A DNA stretch of 64,000 nucleotides from Camelus dromedarius. Its lineage: Eukaryota. The first letter of the stretch is position 1. Every line of letters begins with the position of its first letter. Below, piece by piece: positions 1 to 13,150 of this stretch. The DNA lies in the NCBI RefSeq assembly GCF_036321535.1, contig NC_087437.1:97466001-97530000 (forward strand), in the 5' to 3' direction. Made by a program: the position numbers and the translations under genes. The notes beneath the pieces are model-generated. The model had not been told where the DNA came from. It ran no database searches and saw only the letters and a list, made by a program, of their open reading frames with translations.

Positions 1-579
1 CTCCCAGTAGACACTGAGCCCCAAGATGGTGGGAGACTTGACTTCCAGTAGACCTTGAGCTTCATAAGCTCATTGTAATATATTAACATGGTAAATGACA
101 CTCCCAAAGGCACCATGACCGCTTCAAGGCTGACCATAAAAAGTCAAAGAGTAGGCAGTGGCCCAATTCCTGGGAATCCTAGCCTCTTCCCCAGGGTAGC
201 TGGAATGGTCCTCCCACTTGTCAGTATATGAAACTACTGAGCCCATAAAACCCGGCAACGCTGTGCCTCATGGCTGTCTCTCTTGCTCCCTTGTCTCTGT
301 AGACAGCGCACACTCTATGGAGTGTATATCTACTTTCTCTTTAACCTGAGCACCCAGCCCTTACACCTCGTGGCCTTTCTCTCGCTGTCTGAAGCAGCCT
401 ACAATCTACAGAGTATGTATCTCTCTAAGTAAATCTGTCTTTACTCAACTGTGGCTCACTCTTGAATTCTTTCCTGTGCAAAGCCAAGGACCCACACTTC
501 GCGGTGCACGTCCCAGGGGCTCAACCGAGACCTGAGACAAGGCCCTCCTCTCACCCCACATTCATTTTTTTCTGTATCA
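1..579 (+). mobile_element. ERV1-class LTR, MER41-like, 5' end outside window
   Basis: Segments follow the recalled MER41 layout: caccatgac...ccataaa, ttcctgggaa...ttcccc, ccataaaa...ggcaac, internally duplicated ctctatggagt-like blocks, and 3' ttgaattctttcctgtgcaaagccaaggaccc ending in tgtatca. Confidence 0.7.
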
Positions 580-819
580 TTGTGAAGAGAAAGATAGAAA
601 AAAATGCATCTGTGACATCATTTTCTTTTAGGCTAACTGTTCTACTGTAAAGGGCATCTTCTTTAAAGACAAGTGGTAATCAAATTCTATCCCTCCCATT
701 TACTTACTTGACCTGGGCTAAGTTACTGTCTTTCGAGCTCATAGGTCAATAGAAGCTTCGATCATTGCCTTGTCAAGAATATTAAAAGGTTGATCATTCA
801 TTAAAATCTATATCTCATT

Positions 820-1154
820 TGCCTGAGCAAACAGGTGGATCACATCACTCTGCCCCTGCATGTGACTGTGTTCTGGTCAATGAGATGTGAGGAGAAAGGA
901 AGTGTGTCCTATGAAACCTGCTCCACACACTCCTTCTTGCTCCATTGCCCTCCCTACCCACCTGAGGGGGAACTCCAGGGAGACCTCGGTAGTCAGAGGT
1001 CAGAGATGGCAGACCCCACCAGCCCCTTGGGTTCTGAGTGACTGTGATCAAAGCCCTCCTGTTGCTGTGGCGTGGCTGACGATTGCCACGTGGTCAACAA
1101 TCAATTTTCTTCATACAATTGAAACACTGTATGCTCAGATCTTTTTGTTGTAAC
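820..1154 (+). mobile_element. Old ERVL/MaLR LTR fragment (MLT1/LTR16-like)
   Basis: Motifs catgtgactgtgttctggtcaatgagatgtgagg and gatggcagacc...gggttctgagtgactgtg; ends tttgttgtaaca. Confidence 0.55.
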
Positions 1155-1246
1155 AGGTTAAGTCTATGCTAATTGCTTTCACATGAATTTTGGAGGCCAC
1201 TTAGGATACTTCTCAAAAATAAGTAGGTTTAATAGTTTTTTTTTTT

Positions 1247-1690
1247 ATTAGTTTTCAATCTCTATGTAAGAAGTTACTACAAACTCAGCTGCTTAAATGA
1301 AAACATATGAATTATCTTACAAGTTTTCTTGTGTCAGAAGTCCAAGCATGCTTTCATGGGGTCCTTAATCACAGTGTCACAATCATTAGCTAGGGCGGAG
1401 GTCTCCCTGAAGCTTATCATTTTTTTTGCAGCTGAAAAACATGACTGCTTGCTTCTTCAACAAGAGAGATTCTCTAATCTCCAGATCCTTAACTGATTAG
1501 GTCAGGCCTACCCAAGATAATCTCTTAACCCAAAATCTATTGATAAAGCAATCTGAATCCCATCTGCAAAATCACCTCACCTTTTTCACACAACATAACA
1601 TAATCATAGGAGTGATATGCCACCTCCTTTGCCGTATTCTGTTGGCTAGAAGCACCCATAGGCTCCACTCACTCTCAAGGTGGGGGTCAC
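1247..1690 (-). mobile_element. MaLR LTR (MLT1E/F-like)
   Basis: Typical reverse-strand MLT1 text: tattagtttt...aaactcagctgcttaaa...tcagaagtccaag; ctgattaggtcaggcctacccaagataatctc; catctgcaaaatc; tattctgttggctagaagc. Confidence 0.7.
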
Positions 1691-1829
1691 CCTTGAGTAT
1701 CTCTGTTACAGTTTTCTATTCTGACAATGGTGATCAATGGACAGAGAAAGTATTGCCACTTGAAAATGAGAGACAACGAGAGGAAAGCACCATGACAAGT
1801 TTCCAGTGTCTCTCGGTGCCTTTTGTTAG

Positions 1830-2019
1830 GTTTTACCGAAAGGACTGGGCTGTGAAAAACAGCTCTGAAACATTTCAGGTCTGAAAAACTTGACAGCAAA
1901 ACTGCAGCAACTTCTGTAGCAGGAGAAATTAGAACTACTTTTAGAGAACTAGAGAAACTGCATAAATGCCACAAACAAGTAACATGAAATAGCAAACATA
2001 AGGATGAAACTCCAGCAAG
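1830..2019 (+). pseudogene. Candidate decayed coding exon (coiled-coil-like peptide, 4 in-frame stops)
   Basis: Acceptor gtgccttttgttag|G at 1830 and donor AAG|gtaagc at 2019. Translation VLPKGLGCEKQL*NISGLKNLTAKLQQLL*QEKLELLLEN*RNCINATNK*HEIANIRMKLQQ. No homology search was possible. Confidence 0.35.
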
Positions 2020-2907
2020 GTAAGCATGATTGATTTCATCAAGTATTTTGTTTCTTGTGTCTTGAAATTTTTTTTTTTAATTTATTGAAAAGAATTGACG
2101 AACTAGAGGCCTGAGGAGTTATTATAACTCATTTGCCAATTTACCAAAACAACATAATTTCTAGAGAAATTATATTTGAGTGAAAAAGCCCAGGGTAAAT
2201 CTGATCATTCTTTTAGGAAGTTTTGAATGCTTTTTTTTGGAAACAAGACAATAGAGAAACAAAATCTTAATGGAAATTTGGTTGCACAATTTATGTTTTA
2301 TGTTTCCTAAATTACTAGATTTAACATCAATTTTATACTCTAGGCTAAGAAATTGAATTAGGTTATACTTTGTCCTACTTTTTAAAGACATACTTTTGGC
2401 TATTTTATATCATTTATTTTATTTTTACTAAGTTCCAAGGATTGTTTAAATATATTAGAAAAATCCACTTATTTCACAAAATGACTACATGAAGAAGTTA
2501 CTGTTTGTAGCCCCATTTTATAGATGAGGAAATGGAGGACCAGACAGGCTAAGTGGCCCCAGACTATCTCCGGCATCCATGAGTTACACACACAGTGATG
2601 TCTCTTCTCATAGCTCACTGTCTTCCATTAATGCATATGTCTGACTTACACTGATGCTCCTTCTCTCACCTTTACTCTTCTCATCCAAGCAGAAGGAAAA
2701 CAGCATAAGATCATACATGTTATAATTTTCAGGAAATCTTTCTTTTGTGGCTTTCCATTTGGCATAAGAAAAATGACACCATTAATCAATATTCAGTGCT
2801 GAATAATGTAAATGTCTTACATATTTTAGAAGATGGTTGAAAGTCAGGGGTCAGGTCTTCCCAAAGCACTATTGTAAAATGACTATATGGTAATAAAGCA
2901 TTAGAGG

Positions 2908-3182
2908 TGTGCAGAAAAGAGTTAACATAGCATGCCTGACTGCTCTCCTTACAGAGACTGGCTTGCATGTTTGGCCCTCAGCTGGCATCTGGGAACTTGG
3001 ATTTTGAAAGAGTTCCTGTCATTCCTTAACTGATAAACATGGTTTATTGTGCCTAAACTGTTTGTACAAACAATGTGGTTTATGCTGAACATCTGCTTTT
3101 TTTTTTCTCTGAGTTTGGAATTTTGGTATATGCTAGGCAGAGGGTACCTCTGTGAATGGGCCCAATAAAAACCTTGGACACA
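2908..3182 (+). mobile_element. ERVL LTR, MER68-like, 3'-truncated
   Basis: Starts tgtgcagaaaagagttaacatagc...gctggcatctgggaacttggattt, matching the recalled MER68 5' end; abuts L1 sequence directly. Confidence 0.75.
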
Positions 3183-4310
3183 GGCAGGAAAAGAGTGGAA
3201 GACAAAAATAGAAACAAAGAAGGGAAACAAATAGAAAACAATAATCAAAATGGTATATATTAACCCAACTTCTATATAAAATGATCACTTTTGAACATCA
3301 ATGATCTAAATACACCAATTAAAAGATACAGTCTATTAGAACTGATAAAAAAATAAGATCTAACTATATGTTGCCTGCATAAAGATAAAGACATATATAG
3401 ATTAAAAGTAAATGGATGGAGAAAATATACCATGCTGACACTAATCAAAAGAAAGCAGGGGTACCTACATTAATTTCAAACAGAAGATTTTAAAGTAAGG
3501 AAAGTTAGCAGGAATAAAAAAAATGCACTACATGATAAAGGGGGTCACTTCTCTTAGAAGACATAACAATCCTTAAGGTATATGCACCCAACAAGAGTGT
3601 CAAAATATGTGAAGCAAAATAATAGAATTGCAAAGAGAAACAGATGATCCACTATCACAGTTGGAGACTTCTTCAACACCACCCTGTCAGAAATAGAGAG
3701 ATCCAGTAGGCAGAAAAAGTTAAAAACATTTGCATTAAACAATACCATCAATCAACTGCATATAAGTGACATATACAGACTTCATTCAACAACAGCAGAA
3801 TACACATTTTCCTCAAGCCCACATGGAACATTCAGCAAGATACACTGCATTCTGAGTTCTAAAACACATCTTAACAAATTTGGAAGAACAGAAGTTGTAT
3901 AATGTCTGCTTTCAGATCATAATGGTATTATTACACTAGAAATCAATAACAAGAGGATAACTGAAAAATTTCCACACACTTGGATATTAAACAACACACT
4001 TCTAAATAACACGTGTCAAAGAAGAAATATTAAGAGAAATAAAACACTGTTTTGAACGAAATGAAATGAAAACACAACTTACCATAATTTGTGACATGCA
4101 GCAAAAGCACTGTTTGGAGGGAAATTCACAGTATTGAAGGTATATATCAGAAAATAAGATCTAAAATCAGTAGTCTAAATTTAGTCTTAGGAAACTACTA
4201 AAAGAAGAGCAAATCAAATCCAAAGTAAGCAGAATAAAATAAATAATAATTGAAGCAGAAATCAATGAAATGGAAAACAGGAAATTAATAGAGAAAATCA
4301 ATAAAAATAA
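3183..4310 (+). mobile_element. Old L1 fragment (L1MC/MD-like; start of ORF2, endonuclease region)
   Basis: Degenerate ORF2 text (aatacaccaattaaaaga, gttggagacttc, ttcaacaacagcagaatacacattttcctcaagc, ctagaaatcaataac); homologous to the reverse-strand copy at about 44.9-46.0 kb. Confidence 0.85.
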
Positions 4311-5119
4311 AATAGCATAATGTAATCTAATAGCATAGGTAGATGTTTCAATCTCGAGCAGTTATACAAAAGAAGTAGTAAAAAAGACTTTAAAAATTTT
4401 AGCATAAATTACATAATATATTGCATGAGTGAATTCAGTGACTTAAGTGTGACAATTGTGGTCCAGATAATTTCTACCAAATATTAAGTTAAATTTCTTA
4501 TTTGCAAGATGGTGAGTCTCTTCTCAGAGTTATTTAATTAACAAGTTTCTTTTTTTAATTTTTTTAGTGCTTTGCACATACTTATCACTGAGTGCCCTGA
4601 GGACACAAGAAAAACATAAAATATAGGATTTCTGCATAAAGAGCTTGAAATCTGGAGGGGATTCAAGGAGTATTTTCATCACTAAATACTGAAAAAATAG
4701 AACTGCTTTCAAGAGTGTGTTTTACTAACTGCCACACACTATTGGCTGCTTATATCTTCCTTATTTGCCTACAGAAGGCTCATTTTGTTTGGAACATGAA
4801 TGAATCACGATTAGTCCCGGCCAGTGACAACAATCCTCTACCTCTTTTGAAGACAGTTGATTTTCCAGGCTTTTTTCTAGTAAGTGGTGGCCATGTGACT
4901 TGCTTATAGCCAATAAGATGTAAGGAGATATCAGTGGAGCATTAGTGGTGTTACTTATCGTTTGTCTTTCTTCCCTGAATACAGATACAATACCTGGAAT
5001 ATACGTGTGTACCTCTCTATATATTGTGTATGCATATATGTGTATGCATGTGTATATTTGTACATATGTGTATATACATGTAAGTTCTTAAGTTAACATA
5101 AATAATATTATATCCTATG

Positions 5120-5640
5120 TAACATTTTACATCTTTCCTTTTTCATTCAACAATGTTTTGAGATCTCTCAATGTGTTATGTATATGTATTTCCTTCCTTT
5201 AAATGAGAAACATACCATCAAATGAGATTACGGCAATAAAAACATAAAGACTGTACTTCAATATAAATAAATACATAAATTGAACCTTTTTGTTTTTTTT
5301 AAAAAGCACTGTTTCAGTGGGTTTGCTCTTACAAATGACACTGCAATAAATGTACAAATTCAGGTCCTGTTTTCATGAACAAGCATTTCTAGTGTGGGCT
5401 TTGGGGGCACACAATCTGTATATACGCCCGTTTTCCTCTAGATTACTGGCACAGGCTCTCCGGAGATGCCCTATTCTTCAGTCCCACAATGCATTAGTGA
5501 AGATGCCCATTTCTCCACATCCTTTCCAAAACTGATGCCATCGGACTTCTTTTTTCAATCTGAAGGGTGAAGATAGTCCACTGTTATTTTGATATAATCC
5601 CCAATGACTAGCAGCTGAGAACCTTCTCATATATGTCTTT
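5120..5640 (-). mobile_element. Ancient L1 3' fragment (L1ME-like)
   Basis: ttttcattcaacaatgttttgagat...tttgctcttacaaatgacactgcaataaa...cccatttctccacatcctttccaaaactg. Confidence 0.55.
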
Positions 5641-8600
5641 TAAAATTTCTTTTAGTTTATGCTTTTTTTTTTATATTTCAGATGAATCAGGTGTGTTAGC
5701 ATAAGAGAGTCCTGCAGCTAAAATATATCAAAATGATCTAGAGGTATACATATAATATATGAAAATATTCTCATGCGAGGACATGGATGAAGCAGTAACT
5801 CTCCATAACTGCTATCAAGCAGAATTAAACTGATATGCTAGAAAATTTGCAGACATTTGAGGAATGACCTCAGTCATCAAGGTTACTGGCTCTAGAGGCA
5901 CATCTCCTAATACTTGAGGCTCTCATGGAAGTACCATGCTTTCTAGCACATAAACCTCTCCAGCTATGGGGTTTAGAGTCACAGAGCCCCACTGGGCATG
6001 TTTAATCACTTTTCAAATAGGCAGAAGAAGAGCTCTCTTTCCTAAACTCAGTTCAGTTCTGAGTTTTAAGTTATAAATGTGAAAGCACCCTTGTGTCGTC
6101 TAAAGCACTACAGAAAAGTACCCAGATCTTAAGATTATTTTTGAAAAGACAAATCTATTGTTTTATCCCCTTCCATATTTTCAGAGTATATCCTCATAGC
6201 AATAAACTTGTTGCATCTCTGAATTCTCTGAACTTCAGAAGACCAGGAACTACAAACCATGATGATCCACAGTTATTGCTGTCTATGCAAATATTTAAAT
6301 CACAATTGCAATTGTCACCCCTTCTTTTATTGTGAAGAAAAGGATGCAAATAATTTCCAAGGAGTGATACACATCTGCACTTGAAGCACTGAATTATCAT
6401 TTTAAAATTCTTTTTATTTTTTTTTAAATAAATGGACAATACAATAGTAACTATTAAAAGAAGCATATTGACTTAAGCAGCAGAATTCTTGACTTAATGT
6501 CAGTGAGTGAAGGATGTTTTGGCTGGCATTCCCAATCAAAACAGTTGTATGTAAATTTCCAATTTGAGTAAGATTCTTGTCCAAAGAATCCATGTAAAGA
6601 CAAACACAGATACATACACACACACACACACACCCTTGGGGATAATCTTTCCTTCAGGGAAAGAACGACCTGTAAATCAACTTTCTTTAGACACAATGAC
6701 TAGATATTAAAGATCTCATCTTTTCAGCGAGGCAAGATAATTTCCTAAAAGGTTTCCCCAAAGTAGATTTTGAATTGGAAAACAGTTACTGTAAATGAAT
6801 ATAATGTCACTGGTCTGAGAGGAAAGATTTATGTGTTCTTTCTCCAAAGGCTAGAAACTGAGCAGTTCTTTGTTTAAGATCATACACTGCATGTCTCCTT
6901 TTTTATAAGAGAAATCTGAAGTGCTCTTTGCTATAAAGGCCACATTTTCTATCATAATAGAAATAATCAAGTATGCAGTACATAACTGAGTGTAAATGAA
7001 ACACACTTCAGTGTTGCCACTTTACTCTTTTCCTGCTATGAAAATGCTTCAAGAACATACAGTTCTTTAAAATGATCATTTTACCCTCTGTGATTTTGAA
7101 GGTATCAAGGCATTTTGCTTTAGAGAAAGTTTCATAAAACAAATTTTCTATTGATCTAACATGGCAATTTGCATTATAATCTATAAGAAGTTGAACACAT
7201 AATCCTAAAAAAAAACTGTTTTGAATTTATACTTTGATTAAAGTACTATGTTTACTGATTGGTTTTCTGATTTTTATTTCAATTTAGTATCTTAGCATTT
7301 TTTTTGTGAGTTTTGTTATTTATTTTTATGTTAAATCATGTCTAAGAATGCTTAGAACTATTTGGTTGAGGATAAGAAATATTCATTTGTTTTCCATATG
7401 AACTTGTCCAACTGTATCATAGAAGTGGAATTGTTTAAATATTTATATTTTATAAAATTATATATGCTGGATAATAGTTATGTCCTAGTATTTGTTTTAA
7501 GTAATTCAATTTGGCGACATTTGACCGAGATCCTTTCATTGTAGTAATAAACAAAGTACTGCTAAATTAAAAAAAAATTCTTAAACATATCACAACAGAG
7601 ATCTCTTACAAAATTAGCTATGATTATTAATTTGATGGCTCTTAAGGAATGAAATGGGATATAACTTAGTGAAAAAGTTAGCAAGAAGATTTTCCAGCTC
7701 CTAGAAGTAGCCTCTGAAGTCCCTGTGGTAGAGTTGTATCTGGTAACGTGGATGATGTAAGTGGGTCACTGCAAAACTTCTCAAAGACTGGTGACCCCCC
7801 CCCACAAACAAAAATGAAATCATTGTGACAGAACATCCTTAAGAAAATGCTCTGCTTTAGGCAGTCCTGAGTGTCTAAGCTCCCTCATTATGACTAAGAA
7901 TCTTTGATAATGGAATTTGACCACAACATAGTCCCTCCCCTATTCACCCTTAATCACATATCAACCATTATCTGGAAGTAAACATGTAAAAGGAATGTGG
8001 TTGGCCATTTCATAACACTATATTAAACAGATGTTCAGTCCCAAACATGTCTTTTGTTTTCCCAAATGAATAGTATCAGCTATGTAGACATTAGTATGCT
8101 TCAACCATTCACTGTAGGTGCTAAACTTCAATATCTTTTATTTTATATCTACAAATAAAAGGCAAGGAATAATGCTTAATGATGATGAATATCCAATAGT
8201 AGATCAAAATTCAGAAACAATTTGCATATGATGCTGTATTTCCTCAAAAGTCCAGAGAATATGGTTCCTAACCCTATAGAATAGAGGAATTAATTCTATT
8301 TCTATAATCTTCAATTAATTTAGTTTAATGGGTACCATGATGGCACTGCTTTTTCAATAAATGTGTTGATGATAACATTTAAATATTTTCCTGTTTTGAA
8401 GCAAATGTCTTGCAACAAGTACACATTAGCAGACTGGTCTAAGTTGACAGCCCTACTCTCAAACTAATGTTTGATAGATAATCACATTCTTTAAACTTAA
8501 AAACTAAGAGCTTGGCCTGATTTACTTCTTTATCCTTAATACTAAATGCTGACAATGTTATTTTTCCCTTAAAAATTATTTTGATAATCTAAGATACTAT

Positions 8601-10069
8601 ACTTTGCAATAAATATACCATTTCATTTAAATGAACAGCTAAGGTTACAGGTAGGGGGGATCACAATATTACTGAAGCAATAGAGTGTAAAGCCCAGAGG
8701 GAAATTACAAATTTTAACTTAAAAATATTTCAGTGATTAGATTGGTAAATTTTATCACAAATGTTTATGTTGCAGATTTTTTTCTTTTAATCAGAAAAAA
8801 TGTAATATTAGATACTAGATTTTAATTGTGAAACATTTTTCTATGTTCATTTGAGAAGAGTTCACCCCGACTCTACTTTACTGAACTAGCTTGACATGTC
8901 TTATTACAATCTCATTGTATAGAACTATGACACTTGTGAACATTAATACTTCTCATCATAGTACTTTTAGAAGATGAAAAAACAATGTAAAGAAGAACAA
9001 TTTTTTTTCATTAACTCTGGTACCCTATGAGTGTTATGTCAATTAGTGAGTGTAAAAGTTTACAATAGGTGTTATGCTGTTCCCTAATTTAATGTGTAGG
9101 ATAGTCTGTGAATTTACCATGATGTTTTCTGCCAAGCAACGTTAGCATAGACATAGTTTCAAAAAGCAAATCTTAGGACATGCTAGAAGTACAGAGTACA
9201 AGATGGACTTATCATGAGATAAATAATCCCGATAAACCTCAATAATCAGTTATAAATGCTATTCAAACTAAAAAATGAAAATGTTTCCTTGAAATCAGGA
9301 AAGAATACAGCAGAAACACTAATTGAATACAGAAAAGTTCTTCAAAATCCAAACATCCCTTGATAGCTTCCATATTTTTAAATTAGGTAATTTGATTTTT
9401 TTCTCATTCAAGAAAAATAACATTCAGCTTTAAGCATGCTTATATTCTTATACATCTTACTTGACATTAATCCAGTGTGTTTTATAAACAAGGAAAAATA
9501 ACTTATTATTTTAAAGACAAATCTCATTAAGTTAGTGATTATTTTTCTTCATTGAATGACTTTGTGCTAACAGGTACAATAGTGAATATCTAGGTTTAAA
9601 CACTTGGACAAAAAATAAAGATTTCTAAGAAGTCATCTGAAAACCAAAAAGGGAACAAAAAAACAAAGGAAAAGATATTTTCATATTTTGGGAAAACTGG
9701 GAAACTTAGTAACTCAACTCTTCTCCCCCCATAGGTAGCTATGTGACCCAAAGCAACAAGGATCAAGTGAGGAAAGATGTAGGAAGAAGATAATATACAA
9801 AGAAGTGTGAATTAGGCATGGAGAATCTTAGAAGGAGGAAGCAAAAAACTTCTTCAAGGTGAGGGCCACTTAGAAGCAGCAAACTTGGAATTCTCTTTTT
9901 TAACAACAGGGACAAGACTATACTGGCTGGTAGCAGAAGAGCGCTGAATTTAGTTTGGGTCTGAGAAACAGAGGAACTAAGACTAATGAATTTGTTCATA
10001 AGTCATCTTTGCACAAACCAATTAACCAGTTTGCCATAGTGATTACAGAAGAAAAGGGATGCCTGCTTT

Positions 10070-10072
<3 letters not shown>

Positions 10073-10114
<42 letters not shown>
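10073..10114. repeat. (AC)21 microsatellite
   Basis: Perfect AC run read directly; a shorter AC run lies at about 6616-6633. Confidence 0.95.
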
Positions 10115-10117
<3 letters not shown>

Positions 10118-10199
10118 TGCACGCAATGAAATAAAAAAACAAACCAAAACATCCCATGAAGTTTCCAAGCTCATTGGTTGAGGAGAAGGAAAACTGAAC

Positions 10200-12680
10200 T
10201 ACATAGAAGAAACTCGGTGTTAAAAGGAAAATTTCAGTTAGCCCTGAACCTAGCCTTAACCTGCTACATGAACTATAGTTGATCCATGAAAATATCCTTG
10301 TTTTAATGATGTTTAATAAAAAAAATCTTGAATGAGATATGAACAAAGATTTTTTTAAGGAGTAAAAGAACAGAGAAAGCATGTACAGAAAATGAAAAAC
10401 TCCCAACTAGGAAGCAGATAAAAATTGTGACTATGTATTTTCACCATTGAGTTAAAAAGAGTAATTGCTTCAATGAATCAAGAACAGTAGACAAAAGGCC
10501 AAGAATTAGGGGAATAAACAATAAAACAATTAGAAGAGATTTAAACGCTGAACTGGAGAGGGAGGGTTCAATGAAAAAATGGAAGAAAATATAAAAATAT
10601 CATAGAACTAAGGTGAATCTGAAAGTAGAACAGGAAAAATACAAATGCCAAAATGCATTAAGAAACAAAGGGTACAAAAACTGAAAAAGAATAGAAAAAT
10701 GAAAATAGTTATAATGAATACAAATGTTTAAAAAGAGAAAAATAACTTAAAACAACAGATACAGAAAATAATCAAAGAAAATTCATAATAAGCTTGCTTG
10801 ATGTCTCTAAAGAAGAAAAAGTAACCAAACAGAAGAAAATTGTAAAAATATCATTCAAAAAGTTTTTGAAAAATGAAAACATGATGTGTAAAACTAAAAA
10901 AAGAATACATTTTATTCCTGGTACAAATGATGCAGAATGGTCAAGGAGACTAACCCTAGCAAAGGTGTACATATTCAAATGAAAGAGCCTTCATATAGAA
11001 AGGCAAAAATATTAAGATTCATGTAACAAAGGGGGAGTCTGACTGGCTTCAGGTTATCTGGCATCGTTCAGACACTAGAAAACACTGAGACAGTATCCAT
11101 GAAATTCTAAAAGATAAACAAAGTGTTAAGAAACGTGTTTTTACACAGCTAACCTGTGTTTCAAGTACAAAGTTACCAGGCACGTGGTTTGACCATGCAC
11201 ACTACTGCCATGAGTCATTCTTTAGGGATCTACTCTAAGGCCAAATTCCAGACAACCCAGGCATGACTAAAAAGCTTAGGCAAAAGAACTCAGTTTAGGG
11301 TTACCAGAAAATACAAGATGCCTAATATCCCTAATACTTCATGGAACATCCTTATACTAAAAAGATTTATAATTCTACATATAATTGAAACTCAAATTTA
11401 GGTGGGTGTCCTCTACTTTTATTTGCTAAAGTTGACAACTTTAACGATGGAGAACATTAAATCTTTTTAACTGCACTACTATGATTGAAAGAACTGTGTG
11501 GACTAGGGCTTCAGAACAGAATGTAAATGTTTTACCCACTGCTATTTTAGAAACGGCAAAGCAAAAAATGCTAGAAAAAGTGGGGAAGCAAAGTGAAAGG
11601 AAAATAGTTCACTGAAGCAGCTAAAACGAAAATACATCATAAAACTTAATAAGCAAATAATAGATGTGTAAGTATATTCACCATTACAAGTGTGCATACT
11701 AAGGAGGCTAATGAAATTGATTAAAATCAGGTGACAGAAAAGAAAAAGAGCAAAGAAGGAGAAACATACTTTTATCAATGCTCAATAAGAAGAGACTCTA
11801 AAAATAGACTAACAAACAATATTACATATAGTTCTATAAAATTATAGTGATACAGTTTAGCATTAGGACAAAATTATACCCATAAATGGAAAGACAAAAA
11901 CCTAAATAAAAAATATTAGAACACATACAATAATGTGCTGGAATTAGGATCACATATAAATATTACATAATAAATAAAAGACTTCTCTATTTGTTTTCCC
12001 AAAATAAAACCCAACTGTAGGCTCTACAAGAAATACACCTTATACAATATAAATTAGGTAAGTGAAAACCAAGATGTCAAAAAAAAAAAAAATCACAAGA
12101 AAAGAAACCCAGGGTGGAAATCTTTTATCAGGCAAACGTTAAGTCAGACCACAAAACATAAGACAAATTGAAAAAGGGTATTTTTGTTGTTGTTGTTATA
12201 AGTCATAGTTCATAATGAACGCCTACAGCCATAATGCCACAGCATCAAAAGGCACAAAGCAAACTAGAGAGAATATATCAGGAGAAAAGCACAGATGCAT
12301 TAGTCTTGTCTCTCCATCCTTGAAAATTAAAGGGGCAGAAATAAGGAAGAAGCAAGAAGACCTAAATAACATAAATAAACATCCAATAGTGTATACTAAG
12401 CTCTGCATCTTGAAAAAGAGAATAGAACACAATCTGATTTCAAGTATCCATTGATTATTTTGAAAAACTGGCAATATTTGAGGCCCTAAAAAAACATGAA
12501 ATAAATTCCCCCAAATAGGAAGACAGTAAGCATTTTCTTACCACTCTGCAAGTAATAATAATAATAACAACAAATAAAAACATCTGAAAATTAAAAAAAA
12601 AGCAAACCCAAATCTCTCTTCTTGGGTCATAGAGAAAATCTCATACAAGTTCGAAAATATCTAGAAAAATAAGGAAACCT
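10200..12680 (+). mobile_element. Ancient L1/HAL1-like element, interrupted by MER53
   Basis: Strongly A-rich plus strand with degenerate ORF1-like text (ttcctggtacaaatgatgcagaatggtcaa...ctagcaaag; tctgactggcttcag) and ORF2-start-like text (aaacccaactgtaggctctacaagaaatacacct). Confidence 0.55.
11297..11441. mobile_element. MER53-like hAT MITE (internally deleted)
   Basis: gggttaccagaaaatacaagatgcc ... cttatactaaaaa ... aaactcaaattt..gtgggtgtcct...tttatttgctaaagttgacaac, matching the recalled palindromic MER53 consensus. Confidence 0.7.
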
Positions 12681-12949
12681 TAAATATCTTCCCAGGCACA
12701 ATCCATAAATCACCTCCTAAGAATATAGCATCCCTTCCCTTATTTTACATTTGGTAACATTTACAGTACACAAGCCACATAGTCACACAGCTAGGAAGGG
12801 GAGAAATTGAATTTAAATTCAGTTGATTGATTCCAAATTTGGTTTTGTTTTTTGTTTGTTTGTTTGTTTACATTAGTCATCAATACCTTTCAAAGCATCA
12901 AAGTCTTTTTTACATCATATGTGAAATGAGAAAGTTGAACTAGAAAATA

Positions 12950-13150
12950 ATAGTTAATGTTATTTATGTATTGCTTACAATGGAATATATAAGATTATAT
13001 GTGTTTTCCATGCATTAATGTTTAATCCTCACATCAATTCTATGAGGGTAAAAATTATTATTATGCCTAATTTAAAGGAAAATAAACTGAAGCACAGAGA
13101 GTTAAATAACTCCTTCAATCTTACATACAGCTACCAAATATTCAACTCAT
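12950..13150 (-). mobile_element. MIR SINE
   Basis: tttaatcctcacatcaattctatgagg...ataactgaagcacagagagttaaataact (reverse MIR core). Confidence 0.7.

Noticed and set aside
7647..7742. Further plus-strand fossil exon (E*NGI*LSEKVSKKIFQLLE...)
   Set aside because: Weak acceptor and donor; not enough to add to the fossil-gene model without a homology search.
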